From positions 37,324,001 to 37,388,000 of the forward strand of contig OZ320320.1 in the NCBI GenBank assembly GCA_976226885.1: a stretch of 64,000 nt of DNA. The letters are read 5' to 3'. The translations under genes and the position numbers were made by a program. The stretch's first letter is position 1, and every line of letters starts with the position of its first letter. Source of the stretch: Iphione sp. A-MEVVRFRX5. Taxonomy: Eukaryota. Below the pieces are notes generated by a model, which worked only from the letters and a program-made list of their open reading frames with translations, had not been told where the DNA came from and searched no databases. This document shows, in pieces, positions 12,346 through 25,060 of the stretch.

Positions 12346-14539
12346 AAACTGAGATTTCGTGCCTGCTGTGGGAGGGAAGAACGCAATTCATTGTCGACAT
12401 CTTCGAATGCGTCCTGTGCCAGTCCGATTCCCACACGCTGTGCAGTATGTACTATTGTCTTCTGCATTCTAGGAACTTCCAAGTTCTTCTCGCTATACTT
12501 TCCCCCTTTCTGGATGGTGCACATTCATTTCTCCGATGTCTGGTGATACCTGACAGTGTTATACAACCTGCAGGAAGTGTGGCCATGGGAAAAGGTCCTC
12601 TTCCCCTGACAGGTTATTGACAGGCAATTGGTGTGTGACTTAAGACATATCGACGGCGCACCAACCATCGCGTTCGGCATGCAATATGTGCTTGTTCAGT
12701 TACAGGAGGAGTACGAGCAGCTACGAGCTACTCACGAACACGCTGCAAACACCATGCCCTTGGACAACAGGATATGGGCGGCTCATTCTGCGCAGCGCCG
12801 AACGAAACTTAGGGAATAGATATTTATTTGGGGCCAAACTTGGGTTGGAACGAGTGTTACAGAGTTACAAACATACAGTGTCCATATGGATCGTCTAACG
12901 CTAACGTACCAGCCCCGACGTGTACAAAAGATATCACTAGTATCTCATACTTGTATCTCATAAGGGAGAGTATTTTCGCGTTCAAACTTGCTTTGCTAGC
13001 TTAAGTTGCATAAACCAATGTGCAATGTAGACGTACACATTTAAATATATATTCATATATATACCTGCATATATACAGTCGTCCCTGCTCAAACGATTTG
13101 CATGCATTTTGTATATAAACAAAATCCAGTTGAGCGGGATTCAATCACCTTAAGTAACAATTACCGGAATTCAGGATATGTGAAAATCCAGGACACATCT
13201 CGTCAGAACAGATTTTTCCTCTCTGTTCAGAAACTGACCAGCAATCAGGACAAACCCCAGTGGAGTCTAAATGAGAACTAAAAAGCGCCCTGATGTATGA
13301 AATTCCATTATACGCATGCTTCTAGCACCAGCCCGCAGAAGCAGCAGCTATTTCAATGGACAAAAAAACTGCGCAATCCATGCCTCTGTAGTAATTGATA
13401 GTCCAAAGAAGGCAAAGGGCAATAATTTCAAGTTAACGAGGGGCACCTGCCGGCGCTGATTTGAGCTTTTCTTGTTTTTTATGTCCGCCAGCCTAATCGT
13501 GATTTGCGCAGTTGCTCATGCAGAAATAGGTTCCACCTGTTGTAGCGAGCTACCCGCAGGCCTCCGTTTCAAATAGCCATGAGACCATGCCACCTGTTTG
13601 AAGAAGGCCTGTCGTGTCTCTCAGTTGGATTCCATCCAGCGCTCCATGAACGATTTGTAGCCATGCAATAACGTCAGAGCTCGAATAGACTAGAAGGAAC
13701 CCTAAGGCGGACGGGTTTGGTCGGTCGAAGTATTCATGGATGACAAAATTGTTTGCTACGATATAAAAAAAAACATCTTCGGATCTAGCAGGAATCAATT
13801 AGAGCTCGAGAATAACATTTTTGCACGTTGCTATATGACAAAGCCTATAGCAGTCTGCCGCATATGCCAGACCATTACATGCATGGGTTAGTTTACATGG
13901 GTCAAGGAATGGAATTAGATATGTTGGGACTAATTTTCCTTCAGCATTTTCCGCCACGGCAATACTGTTTCGGAGGGCTGGGGGTTACGTTTCCTCTTAA
14001 CATTATACATGTAAAGAAATGAATACCATTAAAAAGACCTTATTTTTCCGGAATCATGAATACTATATGCACACAGAACATATTATCTAGTCCAATAAAT
14101 CAGATTGCTTTCCTGAATGGAATACAGAAGTGTGGGACCAATCTTCTTGTTCTTCACCAGTGCCAGTGACGGAAATGACTTTTTATTGGAGCCTGGGCAT
14201 TGCATTACTGTACCAGTAACAGGGATACCATTTTCGTGAGTACCTCTCACGTTTGAGTAGCTGGAGTCCAGTTCTGCTTCATTTTCTTGAGCAATATTTG
14301 TACTTTTCAGTTACATTAATGCGTAAAGACCTATTGGCGCAGTCTGACATATTTAGACCATAAGCCCTTTCATTTAGTGAGGTTTATTCTTAACCGAAGC
14401 TGAATCCAGCCACGAAGAAAAAGTACCTGTCGATGGTGGATTACAATTCTTAAAAAGTCTGACTCTCTCATAAAAGGCTCTGTTGCATCAGTTAACAACA
14501 TGAGTGCGGTTTTGTTTCTGGGGGGAGAGTGTGCTGTCT

Positions 14540-14930
14540 GCGGTGGACGGTAGCAGCGACCGGCCAGGACAGCGGCCTATGGTCGAAAAGTGCTGGTGTC
14601 GAGGCCACAACATGTTGTAATCACCAGCACAGGTCGGCGGGCACCGCCTCTCTGTCCGAGATTGGCGGCGCCCACTTACGACCTCTTCGTCGGGCACCTT
14701 AATCGGCATTCCGGCGCGCGACGGCGGCGCGGGCGAGGACTTCCCTTTATGGTGCACGGGCAGATCGGACGCAGGCGCCCCCTTGCGTACAAATAGCCGA
14801 ATTAAACCCGATAATCTGGCAGCCCGTGGCGCCAGCCAATCGCTGGCCGCTTCGCCCACAGGTCTACTCACCCATCGCCACCTGCTGCTTGACAACTTCA
14901 CTTGCCGGCCCCTCCCTCCCGCCTCTCACT
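14540..14930. promoter_or_regulatory. CpG-island-like segment with CCAAT, GC boxes and three GGCGCC sites
   Basis: High CpG density (e.g. ccggcgcgcgacggcggcgcgggcg), gccaatc, attggc and gcgggagggag. The composition is observed; the regulatory role is inferred. Confidence 0.45.
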
Positions 14931-17900
14931 CACACACATACATACACATACACTCAGGCAAATAAGGAGATAAGGGCAGAAACATACCGTTCCTTTTTTA
15001 TTTAGAGACATTCGGCACCACCGCGGAATGACTCTCTCTACAGGCGACTACCCTGCCACTTATCGCCTCCCCATACACACCTACCTACAAACGTACAAAC
15101 TACTAATAATATCGATCAGAGGCTATAAGGTAGTCCTCATGAGATGGCAACGGCGAGTGAAATGCCATGCCTCCAGTGACGGTTTTTCATGCGTCTCTGT
15201 GATTGCCGTCGTTTTAACAATTTCGCCCGGAGGAAGCACACTCGACCCGCTCTTATCTGGCCACTGCAAATTCAGTAGGGCAACTGTGTGTAATAAAAGG
15301 TCCAGGTTTATGGAGGCGATCTCAGCTGAAGTATAGTTAAGAGGAGAGTACTGGCCCATCACCTCTGGTCAAGCGGCTAAAAGTTTAATGATAGGTCCCC
15401 ATAGTAGCTGGAACTTTCCAGACAGGACTGCCTGGGAGGTAGGGGAAGGTTTAGTTACCGCGTCCATATTTATTATGAGGATGAAAGCTGAGGTGATTCG
15501 TGAAGTCTGTATCAGAGGGGAATCATAAAAGCGCTCTGGTGAAAATATAGCACGCAGTGCCGATACAGAGAAAACGTGGTACACGTGCTTTGTAATTACA
15601 TTGTATTCTCCGCTAATTCAGTAAATGCTGTTATGGAAAATTAGCCTCCATATGACAAATGAATGTACATGTCATTTATAACCTCAAAACCTTTCACTAA
15701 ATCACTCCTACACCTTTTTGCGCCACGATTCCTCAATCTGCGCTGGTCCTTTTATTAGTGAACCTGTATTTATTTCTAGAAATATGTAAACTACGCTGGT
15801 TAAAAAAAGCGTTAAAAGTAGCAGTGGGGGAAACCCTTCCGCTAGCTGCATGTATGAACAGGGATAGTAGTCCGACAAGGGGTCGCCCAAGGTGGATGAG
15901 AGTAGGTGGATGAGGGTTGCAAAGAGGACGGATTGGTGATGGGTTAAGGTAAGCACGCCCCCATGCGGAGTTCGGGTCAGTTGCACAGTGTGATGGATGA
16001 CCCTGGGGTCTAGGGTCAGGGATCCAAGGTCACTGCCGTCAGGACCGGAACACGAAGCTGGATTCGGGTCGGTTGCCTGCGAACAAATGACATCGGTGTG
16101 CTGGAGTAGAGTCAGGAAAGAGAGGCCGGGGGGAAAGGTCCAAAGAGGCGGTGACATGTTTAGATACGCTGCATCAACAGTTGTACTACAAGCAAAGTAT
16201 TACAGATCAATATGTCCGATTTACCAAAGACAGTAGCACTGGTCAAGCTAAGCTTTCAAGGAAAGCACCTTTATGCAATTGAGTATTGAATTAGTTTGGG
16301 TCTATATGTAGTCTGAACGAAATTTAAAGAAAACAATACATTATATATATGAACAAAACGGAAAGCATGTTTAGCCATTAACCATAAAATACCGATTCTC
16401 AAGGCCCATATCAAAACCTTTGAACTTGCACATGAATATAGATGCACATGTGTTTATATTAAGAAAATGACTCAGTAGAGTTGCTATTTGGAGTTGCAGT
16501 CAATATCATTATACATATATGACAAAATATGCCAGAAGAATGAATCTAAGGTCTAGGAGACTGTAAACATAGCATCTAGCATTCTAATGAGGCTATAAAC
16601 ATAACTTCTAGCATGCTAGCGAGGGCCTTTAAAACTGAGCGGATGTTAGTCTACTTATAAAGTGTATGGGCCAGCACAGATGGAATCTAAACATAAAGTT
16701 GAAGTCTATGGATAATATAACGAGCAAAATATGCAGACAAGAATCGGAATCTGCTTATATGAAGTATATAGGTGAATAGACTTTGCATCTGGCACTATGT
16801 TTTATAAATACCATGAACAAACTGTACAGGGCTGAATGTGAATTTACTAATATGAAGTATATGGGTCAGCAAAGATGGCATCTGAGTCTACAGTCGAGGT
16901 CCTCCTTGTTTACTGCCGTTTCTTGCTTGGTTCATCACATAAGGGCAGAAGGCGTACTGGCCGCAGCCGGACATCTTTACGACCTGGACGTGCCATGTTT
17001 TTGCGAATTTGTCACGATGGGGTGCCATAAAGCGAATATTGAGGGGGAAGGGATGCGGGTAGTGGAGGAGGGAGTGGTGTTTTCCTCCATCTCCCCGACG
17101 CCCCCTCCCCCTCCCTATGCAGACACACTATGGTCATGGCAGGTGATTCTGGCAGGCTTGCCGTCCATCCATCAGCCCCAGTTGTTCCATTACTGGCCCC
17201 CGCTGGCCGCTGCTTGAACTCGGGGCGTCCGATAGTGTGATTACACCTTGGCCCCGGATACCATTAGTCGGCACGGAGCAGGAGGGGGGAAGGAGAGGCT
17301 CCCCCGGGGAGGGGCAAAGCTGCTTGTTGTACCACTCGCTTCCGGATCATACTGTACAGGAGGGACGGGGAACTGCGGGAGGGAGGTAGGAAAGTTGGCC
17401 AAGGAGGACTGCCCCCCCCCCCATCACATTACCTAACCTCACCCATGACCCTCGCAGCTCCCCACCTTCCCAAGTACATGTATAACCCACATGTCTTTCA
17501 CCAGTCCGATATGCACAAGTCCCACTCCAGGGAAGGTTTACAGCGTGTATCACCCCGCAGAATCCTTGCTGACCTGACTGACCCCTCCGAGCTTCCGTCC
17601 ACAAGCAGTTGCCCAGGAAAAGTTCCGGGAAGAGGAAGGGACCGACCCCCCGCCCCTACCACCACCACTCTGCACCTCGTGCCCACTCCGGACATGGAAC
17701 ATCTTCTTATCATGCCCAGGGCCTTTCCTTTTCTTCCGCCCACCGAGGTTTGTTTAGCTAATGCAGGCGTAGAGTTCAGCCGAGTCAGGAGGGGCAGATG
17801 AGCAGTAAGGGGGCTGTCTTCATCAAGAGGTGCTCGGGAGTCCCCGGTGAGTCGTCAGTGGCCCCCGTGGGGTGAAGAGAGTGCCCTCTCGGGAACCCTG

Positions 17901-20120
17901 CCCCTCCCACGCCAGGTGCTTCCACCATTTTACCCGGCTCTGGTGGCCGACCATTGGCCGCACTACACTCCGAACCCACCCTTCCGGGCAACTCACAGTC
18001 CGTATGCTTTGGGTCTTCCACTTCACCCCGTGCTTCGTCGAGTCCCTCCAAGGGGCCCAGTGTGTAAACAGAACAGCCGGTCGAGGTGGGCTGTGGCGAT
18101 TCGCAGCCTCCCTCACCGAGGGCCCATTCCCTTCTGACGCCATCATATGTAGGCTGTTATTACAGGGGAAAAGTAGGTGCATCTTATTGTGTCTGGACCT
18201 TTTTTTTAGGTTGAGAGGTAGGGATGCATACGTACACACGGGGGGAGGCATTAAGGGACATGGAAGTCATGCATATTTGTGGGCATCTTTATCTATCATC
18301 GATGCAGAACGGACTATGACGTTTCTCGTGTAGACGCCAGGTGTATACAAGAGGCCAATTGCACAGGAAACTGACATCAATCTTTCAGATTTCACAGTGA
18401 CAGAGCCTTGGTCATATAGAGTCCCGGGCTTATGTTTGACACATAATGCGCATTGCTTGCTCCTGATTTAGAGCGCAAAGCGCCTTGCCGCCAGTACACG
18501 TACATAAAATATCAGGTACAGCGTAACCTATACATTCCCAACTGATGGCAGGAAAAGCCTAAAACTTTCCTCCCTGTGATGATACACATGCGGGTGAATA
18601 GCAATGTATTAATGTGAATATACACTCACAGAGAAGCATATTGACTATGAGTACAAATGAAAACGGGAAAAAGAATAATGATTGAACGCCCGACCTAAGT
18701 TTACTAACGGAATCACGGGCAGATGTTTTAATGTACATTAACACTTTGCAGTGTAAAAGCACCTTACTAATCGTTATGTCCGCGCATACCACAAGCAGAA
18801 CGAAAACATTGAAATAGGCATCTAAGTACATGTTGCTGCCCACTGTAATGAAACGTTGAAGGTAAAACATAGAGGATTCAATAAAGTGTAGAGTACCATA
18901 AAGACGCCCTCACACTATCGTTCGCCACATGTGCCGTAGTGACAGATATGTGTACAATACACTCCAGTCGTTCATCACTAGTGCTACTCACACCAATCAC
19001 TATGCAATTACCTTCCCCCTCACACTCCGTATATTTTTCCCTTGGTACTTCATGTCGTGACAGACTTTTGAATAATACTGCCTGCATTAATTAACTGTGC
19101 CTTGTAGATATTGTTTTATTCCCTTACCACTCTATACTGCAATCGCTAGCTTTGTATTTCTGCCGCTCCCCATTGCTTTCAGTCTATATCTGTTTGCCCT
19201 GCAGTCATGGCACAAGTCTCAATTGCCTTGATGCTGGTCCCCCTCGCCCTCCACCTGCTTCTTCTTCCACTCTCTCAAGCCAGTCAGCCCTCTTCCCACC
19301 AACCAACGGCAGCATCTGTGTTTATCAGGTGTTTTATTAGTATTGACATTGCATGATCGCCGACGGCCTCTGTTAGCTTTGTCTCTGCAGGCTTAATGCC
19401 TCATACATAAGTTACCCGATACTCTAGCTGGTGTATTGGCTCAGTCTCCCTCCTCAATGTGTGTAATACCGCAGACGCTGCAACTGCCGTCATACGAGGT
19501 CACCTACTCATCAGCTTATGAACCAGCGACCCCTGGCGCATGGTGTTATTTAGCCACCTGCACCCGCACCAATGGCCTATATATATGAATATATGTATGA
19601 ATATATATTCTGATGTTAGTTGGCCTACGTCGATGTTCAGGCGACTACGTGAGAAGGGCTTTATATTGGATAAATCATGCTGCGCAGTCGCTGTACAAGT
19701 GCCATAAAATATTATGGGAAAGTAAAAAAACTACAAAAGATAATACAGGGACATGTGGAGTAAACGCCCGTTTGCCTCCAGAATACTCCGCCACAATGAA
19801 GTTTTATTGATAAAATTAATCTACTTACATGTTTTTTTCCGAATACTCAATTTACGGTTTGGTATTTATTCATCCATGTGTATTTTCAATCTCGGACTGA
19901 TGAGGTATTCCGGAGGCGACGTCTTTTGAGAACGTGTCAAAGGCTAAAGATGCATGGCTATAACGTATCTATCCAATAAAGCTTGGTCGTAGAATGAATA
20001 TGACTGCATTTTTTTACGTTCAAGATTTCAACATTTTCACTGTACATGTTTTGTATTTTAACGTGTACAATTTTTTTTATGAGTACAGAAATGTTGAAAA
20101 CGCAAAGAGTAGATAATGTA

Positions 20121-20156
20121 CTGGCATTGCATTGGCATTGGCATTGCACTGGCATT
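20121..20156. repeat. Degenerate (GGCATT/GCATT)n short tandem repeat
   Basis: ctggcattgcattggcattggcattgcactggcatt. Confidence 0.85.
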
Positions 20157-22179
20157 TACTGGGATTGTAGAATGATGCTCAGTTTGATGCAGTGTCCATT
20201 TAGAATAGCCTGAAATTTGTAAAAGGCCAACAAAAATGACTCGGTCAGAAGCCCCATTAAAAAACAGCAATACGAAGCGCGTCACTGATACACGGCTGAA
20301 GCAATGAAATTTAACCCTTTCGCATCAATCAGCCCCCGGTAAAAATAGTTTTAGCGTTTTGAATGTAGGAGAGATAAATGTCCCTGATACCCACATCTAT
20401 CGTTTCTCATATAAAGAATACCTAACCCCACCCCCCTATTTCCAGTAACATGTTTAAAGAATGTAGTTTCGGCAGGTTGCAGTTTTAAACATACAAATGT
20501 CAAAAGCTAGTTCGTATTGTCAAAGCCTGGAAATATCATTTCTCTTGGATTTTAATAAAACTAATTTTACATGAAAGCTAATGATCTCAGAAACTAAGCG
20601 ATTTATCGTATGTGTCTGTAGCTTTATTCAAGCTGAAAATATTCACAAAATAAGAAAAAATAATAAGTTCTATTGGGACCAAAATGCGGGTCAGCTGGGT
20701 TACGGAAACACTTTTTTTTAGTAGGCGTAACTTTTTGGAAACCTCAGTTTTTTCCAACCACTTTATCATTTTCTGTCATAGATGAAGGTACAATAGGACA
20801 GCTAGGGGTGTCCGGAGAGGCAGTGGCGGTGTGCAGGATAAAGAGGTATTCTCGGAAACGATCACACACACTTTTACTGTGTCCCAAACGTGCCCGTTGC
20901 ACCTATTCTTTCTCCCCAGTGAGATATAAAAATACATCAACAGAAACAATTTCGGATTAGATATGATTTCCCCCTCGTCGCTGTAATGGTGAGAGTTGTT
21001 ACATTGCCAGTGCGGCTCCCTTGGCAATGCCCTTCACATTCCTACAGGCTGCATCCAGCGAAGCATAAGGCTCACTGAAAGCCAAAACAAACTCATTTTC
21101 TCTCTGCTCGCAACATATATTGCTATAGACCATGCCATGTCGCGCGGATTCCCGCCACACATTAGTTTGCAGCTTGCATCTATGGTTACCAGACTGGTGA
21201 TAGTTCATAACTTATAGTTCCCATGACCTTCCCGGGACACCAGCGCTTTCCTTATGTGTTTTCTAGAGACATATAAATCATATGTATATGTATACACATT
21301 TGTGCGTAATGAGACGAGAGGGTAATTTGGATAGCTACAATGGAGAGTCTGGCCATACGACTTAACGCGTCATTGAAGAAAGTATAATTATGCCTGCATT
21401 GACACGTATGGTTCAGTTTTCCCAATACAAACATGTAGCGATATGTATAAAAACATAGCTTGCTGCTTGCTGCTCATCAGTGGTTATAGTCGTTGCTGTC
21501 TGTGTGAAGCTATAAACAGAAACAAATGTGTTGTTCCCCTGAGTATATTACACATAGCACCACAAAAGACACATCTTCCACTTGGGAATATCCGCACGGA
21601 GAAAAGGCATTGAAAACATTAAAGAAATAAATCTGTTCGATTTTCTTCAAAATAAAGCAAAGATTAACTGAGGTGCATGCAATCCATCATATCCACTCTG
21701 ACTGATAAGGACAGGGCAATTTGTTTTTCTGGCACAAAGTGATATCTTCTTTACTATCTAAACGGTCAGGAGAGATATGGAAACGTCGCACTAGTCAGAT
21801 GTTGTACCGTGTTATCAAGGATCTCCTTTCAGTTCATCAGTTTGGGATGATCATTTTCCAAAATATTTTTGTCTTTTTGAGCGACGGACTTTCTGGTTCA
21901 TCATCCTGCAGGTGGATTATATCTACAGCTCACTTTCCTCCATGACTCAAATGATTGAATTTTACTACATGTATATGAAAACGTGTTCCCCGTATAGATT
22001 TCTCATTATCTGGACATAATTCAGTCTCGGGTAAAGGAAGACAGGCTGTATTCATTGCTGTTAGACTGTGTCTGGCTGCCTTTATACAGATATATTAGTT
22101 ATAAAAAACCTAAATGTCTGCAGGCTATAATCTCTGGCTGCACACATCTATTTTGACACCTGTTTGGATCAACATTATT

Positions 22180-22510
22180 AGACTTTCTTCTTCTCCGAGC
22201 CTGTAACCCTCCCTTTCTTTTTACTTTTTCTCATTCCCTGTTTCCCTTTATCTGTCTCTCCCTTTTCGTCTTACCTCCTTTTATCTCTCTCTCTCCCGAC
22301 TTTCATTTAGTGCTTTTTCACTGTTTTTCCATTCTCTTCCCTTGCTCTCTTCCTTCCCATATCTTGCCTTTTCCTCAACTGCTATCCACAATCCCTTTTG
22401 TCTCTCATTTTCTTTATTATTCTTTTCCTTTCCAACCTCTTCATCCATCGCCCATTCAATTTTATCTCCCCCTTTTTGTCCATTATTTTCTCCATCCCTT
22501 AATTCTCCTC
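22180..22510 (+). repeat. Pyrimidine-rich low-complexity tract
   Basis: Almost devoid of G on the plus strand. Confidence 0.9.
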
Positions 22511-24069
22511 TAAGTTAATATTTGTATAACGTTATCCAGTAGAACATGGTGTGTTCGAGCACGGTCAGATGCTGTTTGTACCGGTCTGTGTTGACTGGTG
22601 GACAGCAGTGATACATGAGGACGACATGTGAAGCTAATCACTCTTGTATCAATATTGACAGCTGGTCAGCTTGAGTTGGTCAGAGCTAATACAAAGTACT
22701 GGGCGCTGGCCGCCAATGCCTCAACCAATCAGCTCTTGGCTACCATCAGATTTACCCTCATCCTTACTAACACCATCAGCATGGCCACAGGCAATAATAC
22801 GAGGCCCCATCCTAACATTTTGAAGATTTAGATTGATTTCTCACACGTCTGGTCACATGTATGCAGTGTAGGACTGACGTGTAAGCACACGCAGATTTCC
22901 ACTAGATTTAGACAATGATCGTAAAGGTTTGGGGTACGTTTGTAGGATGTGTTAGGATCAGGAAGCGCACACTTCAACACATTGCTGTACCCGTATGTTA
23001 TATTTTAAAAGTAGTTTTTAATGACTTCAGCTCCCTCAAAGTACCGCTCTAGTCTGGCAAATATCAGTACGAACAGCCTAGGGACAGAACGTTTGAAAAT
23101 GTCCGTGGCATACAGACTCAATTACAGCTGCAAAACAGCACCGACCGAGTATGACCTCCTTCATCCCATTGCAAAACTACACAGTTATATGATCCCCGTC
23201 ACACGGTTCTTTAGATTATGTCGTCTAGCGCTGCTAAAATGCATACCCCAAAGGAAACTTATAAATGATCTCGTCATCGCCAGAACTACTTGTGCTCATA
23301 ATTGGTCGTTGGTATCTAGGGATGTCGTAATAATGCTCTATTCTTGCTACGTGTGTATAAGGGCGATTAAATTGTTTCCTCCTCCAATGATGATGTATGC
23401 CTTTAAGGAAGGAGAGAGACAAGAGCTGTGATGATATCTCACATATAAAGCTCTAGATTATACCCTCTTTGAGGTAAGATGGGTTTAGACATTGTATTCG
23501 TCATTATCGTCAGTACAGGGATACTAGGAGATAAAATGGTAAAATGATAATCTTTTAATCCTTACTATTTCAATTCAAAAACGGCTAAAATATATTTATA
23601 CAAGCAATTTTAAAACCGTCACACAGAACAACACTTCCAACAGAAAAGGCGGCCAGCAGCCACATGCAAACAGCGGCCATGATAGCCGCTGACACCCTTT
23701 TCGTACAGCTCCAATCAGCAGCTCACAGCCACACCAGGCCTAGCCAGGCAGCCTGGACACGGGAGGCAGGCCTCTGGTATTCTGGTCAGACAAGGTGATC
23801 CATCAGTAGCTGTCGGTAGAGGCCAGGGCTCGGCGGCTCTGGGCCAGGGCTCAGGGGCCGGGTCGGACCACAGGCCCCCAGCCTGGTCAGTATATTGTGG
23901 TTGCAACGGGCGAGGTTGGGGAAGGATAGGTGGGGTGGAGTGGGTAGGCGGGGTTTTGCAGCGCTCGGTCATGATACCAGGGCTAAGATAGGCCGGCATG
24001 TGACTAGCATGTTCTCAGTAGAGGTGCGGCCTTCATAAGGTAGGACACCGGTGGGAGCCGACTTACCAG

Positions 24070-25060
24070 TATGGAGGATGGTTGAAAGGAGAGGTGATGG
24101 GCAATAGGAGGCGGTGGGGAATTAGTAGGTTGGTTAGTAGCAAAGTCCATACAGGTTGGGAAGAGAAGATGGGAAGGTAGTGAGAGAAAGGGTTTTGGTA
24201 GGTGGAGTCAAAAGATTGGGTTGGGGATCTGGAGGAGGAGGCGTGTTAGGTAAGTATGAGAGGGTGTGGTAAGGAGAAGGTGGGTATAGACTGGTCTGCT
24301 ATGAGGGATGATAAAATAAATGGAGGGGTTGTATATAGCGGAATGGGATGGTAAGAAGAAGAGTGAAAGCTAGATGTGTAGATGGTAAAGGTGGTATGAT
24401 GAACATTATTCTGATGGTTGGGGGTGAGTATTATTACAGGGGCTAGGATGGTCCGTTTATGGGTTATGGTTGATAATTGGGTTAGAGAGATGCAGTGGAG
24501 ATCATCAGAAGAACGAAGGGATTCGCGTGATGTGACAGTGGGACAGCAAGTCTAGATGAATGAGTGCGTTGGAAAAGGGTATGGCACTGGTGGAAGTAAG
24601 ATTATTTTTGTTAGGGAGGTGGGATGGATCTATTTACTTGAAGGAAGGGAAACGGCGGAATGGTGGGCTCAATTAGTGTGGTGTTTAGATGTAGAGGAAG
24701 AGGACAATATGAGGGGAAAGGGTGGAAGTGATGAGTGATTGGACGGGGTAACAATTAAAGACGTTACAGTGACAAACAGAGCTGAAGGTGAATGGTAAAG
24801 GGACACAACCAAAAAAGGTCGCTGACATGGGATAAAGGGAGCCGCAGAAGTCGCTTGTTCCAGAAAGTTAGGGAGAAGGAGGGAAGGATATGAGTAATAG
24901 TAAGTTGGCGAGATGAGTGGTGAGTAGGTGTGGAGGTAGACTGGTTAGTACCCTGGGGAGGAGATGAGGAATTGGAGGAGGACGGGCTTATGCGTAGAGG
25001 GGTAGGCGCGCTTGGTATAAAGGCTGTAAGGAGAGCAGGGGTGGTAGAGGTCAGGAGAAG
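24070..25060 (+). repeat. About 1-kb G/A-rich, C-poor tract flanked by two GC-rich islands
   Basis: Plus strand G/A/T-rich and C-depleted; no long ORF or recognisable protein motif in the minus-strand frames I translated. Confidence 0.8.

Noticed and set aside
19470-19545. Hammerhead-ribozyme-like CTGATGA with a stem II on the minus strand
   Set aside because: The core is followed by GTAT instead of GAAA, and stems I and III do not form properly. Other CTGANGA hits (about 11915, 19897, 21475, 25910) also lack a proper stem II plus GAAA.
24070-25060. NUMT or L2/CR1/Penelope remnant suggested by the G-poor minus strand
   Set aside because: The minus-strand frames I translated showed no mitochondrial protein, endonuclease or RT motif; compositional resemblance only.
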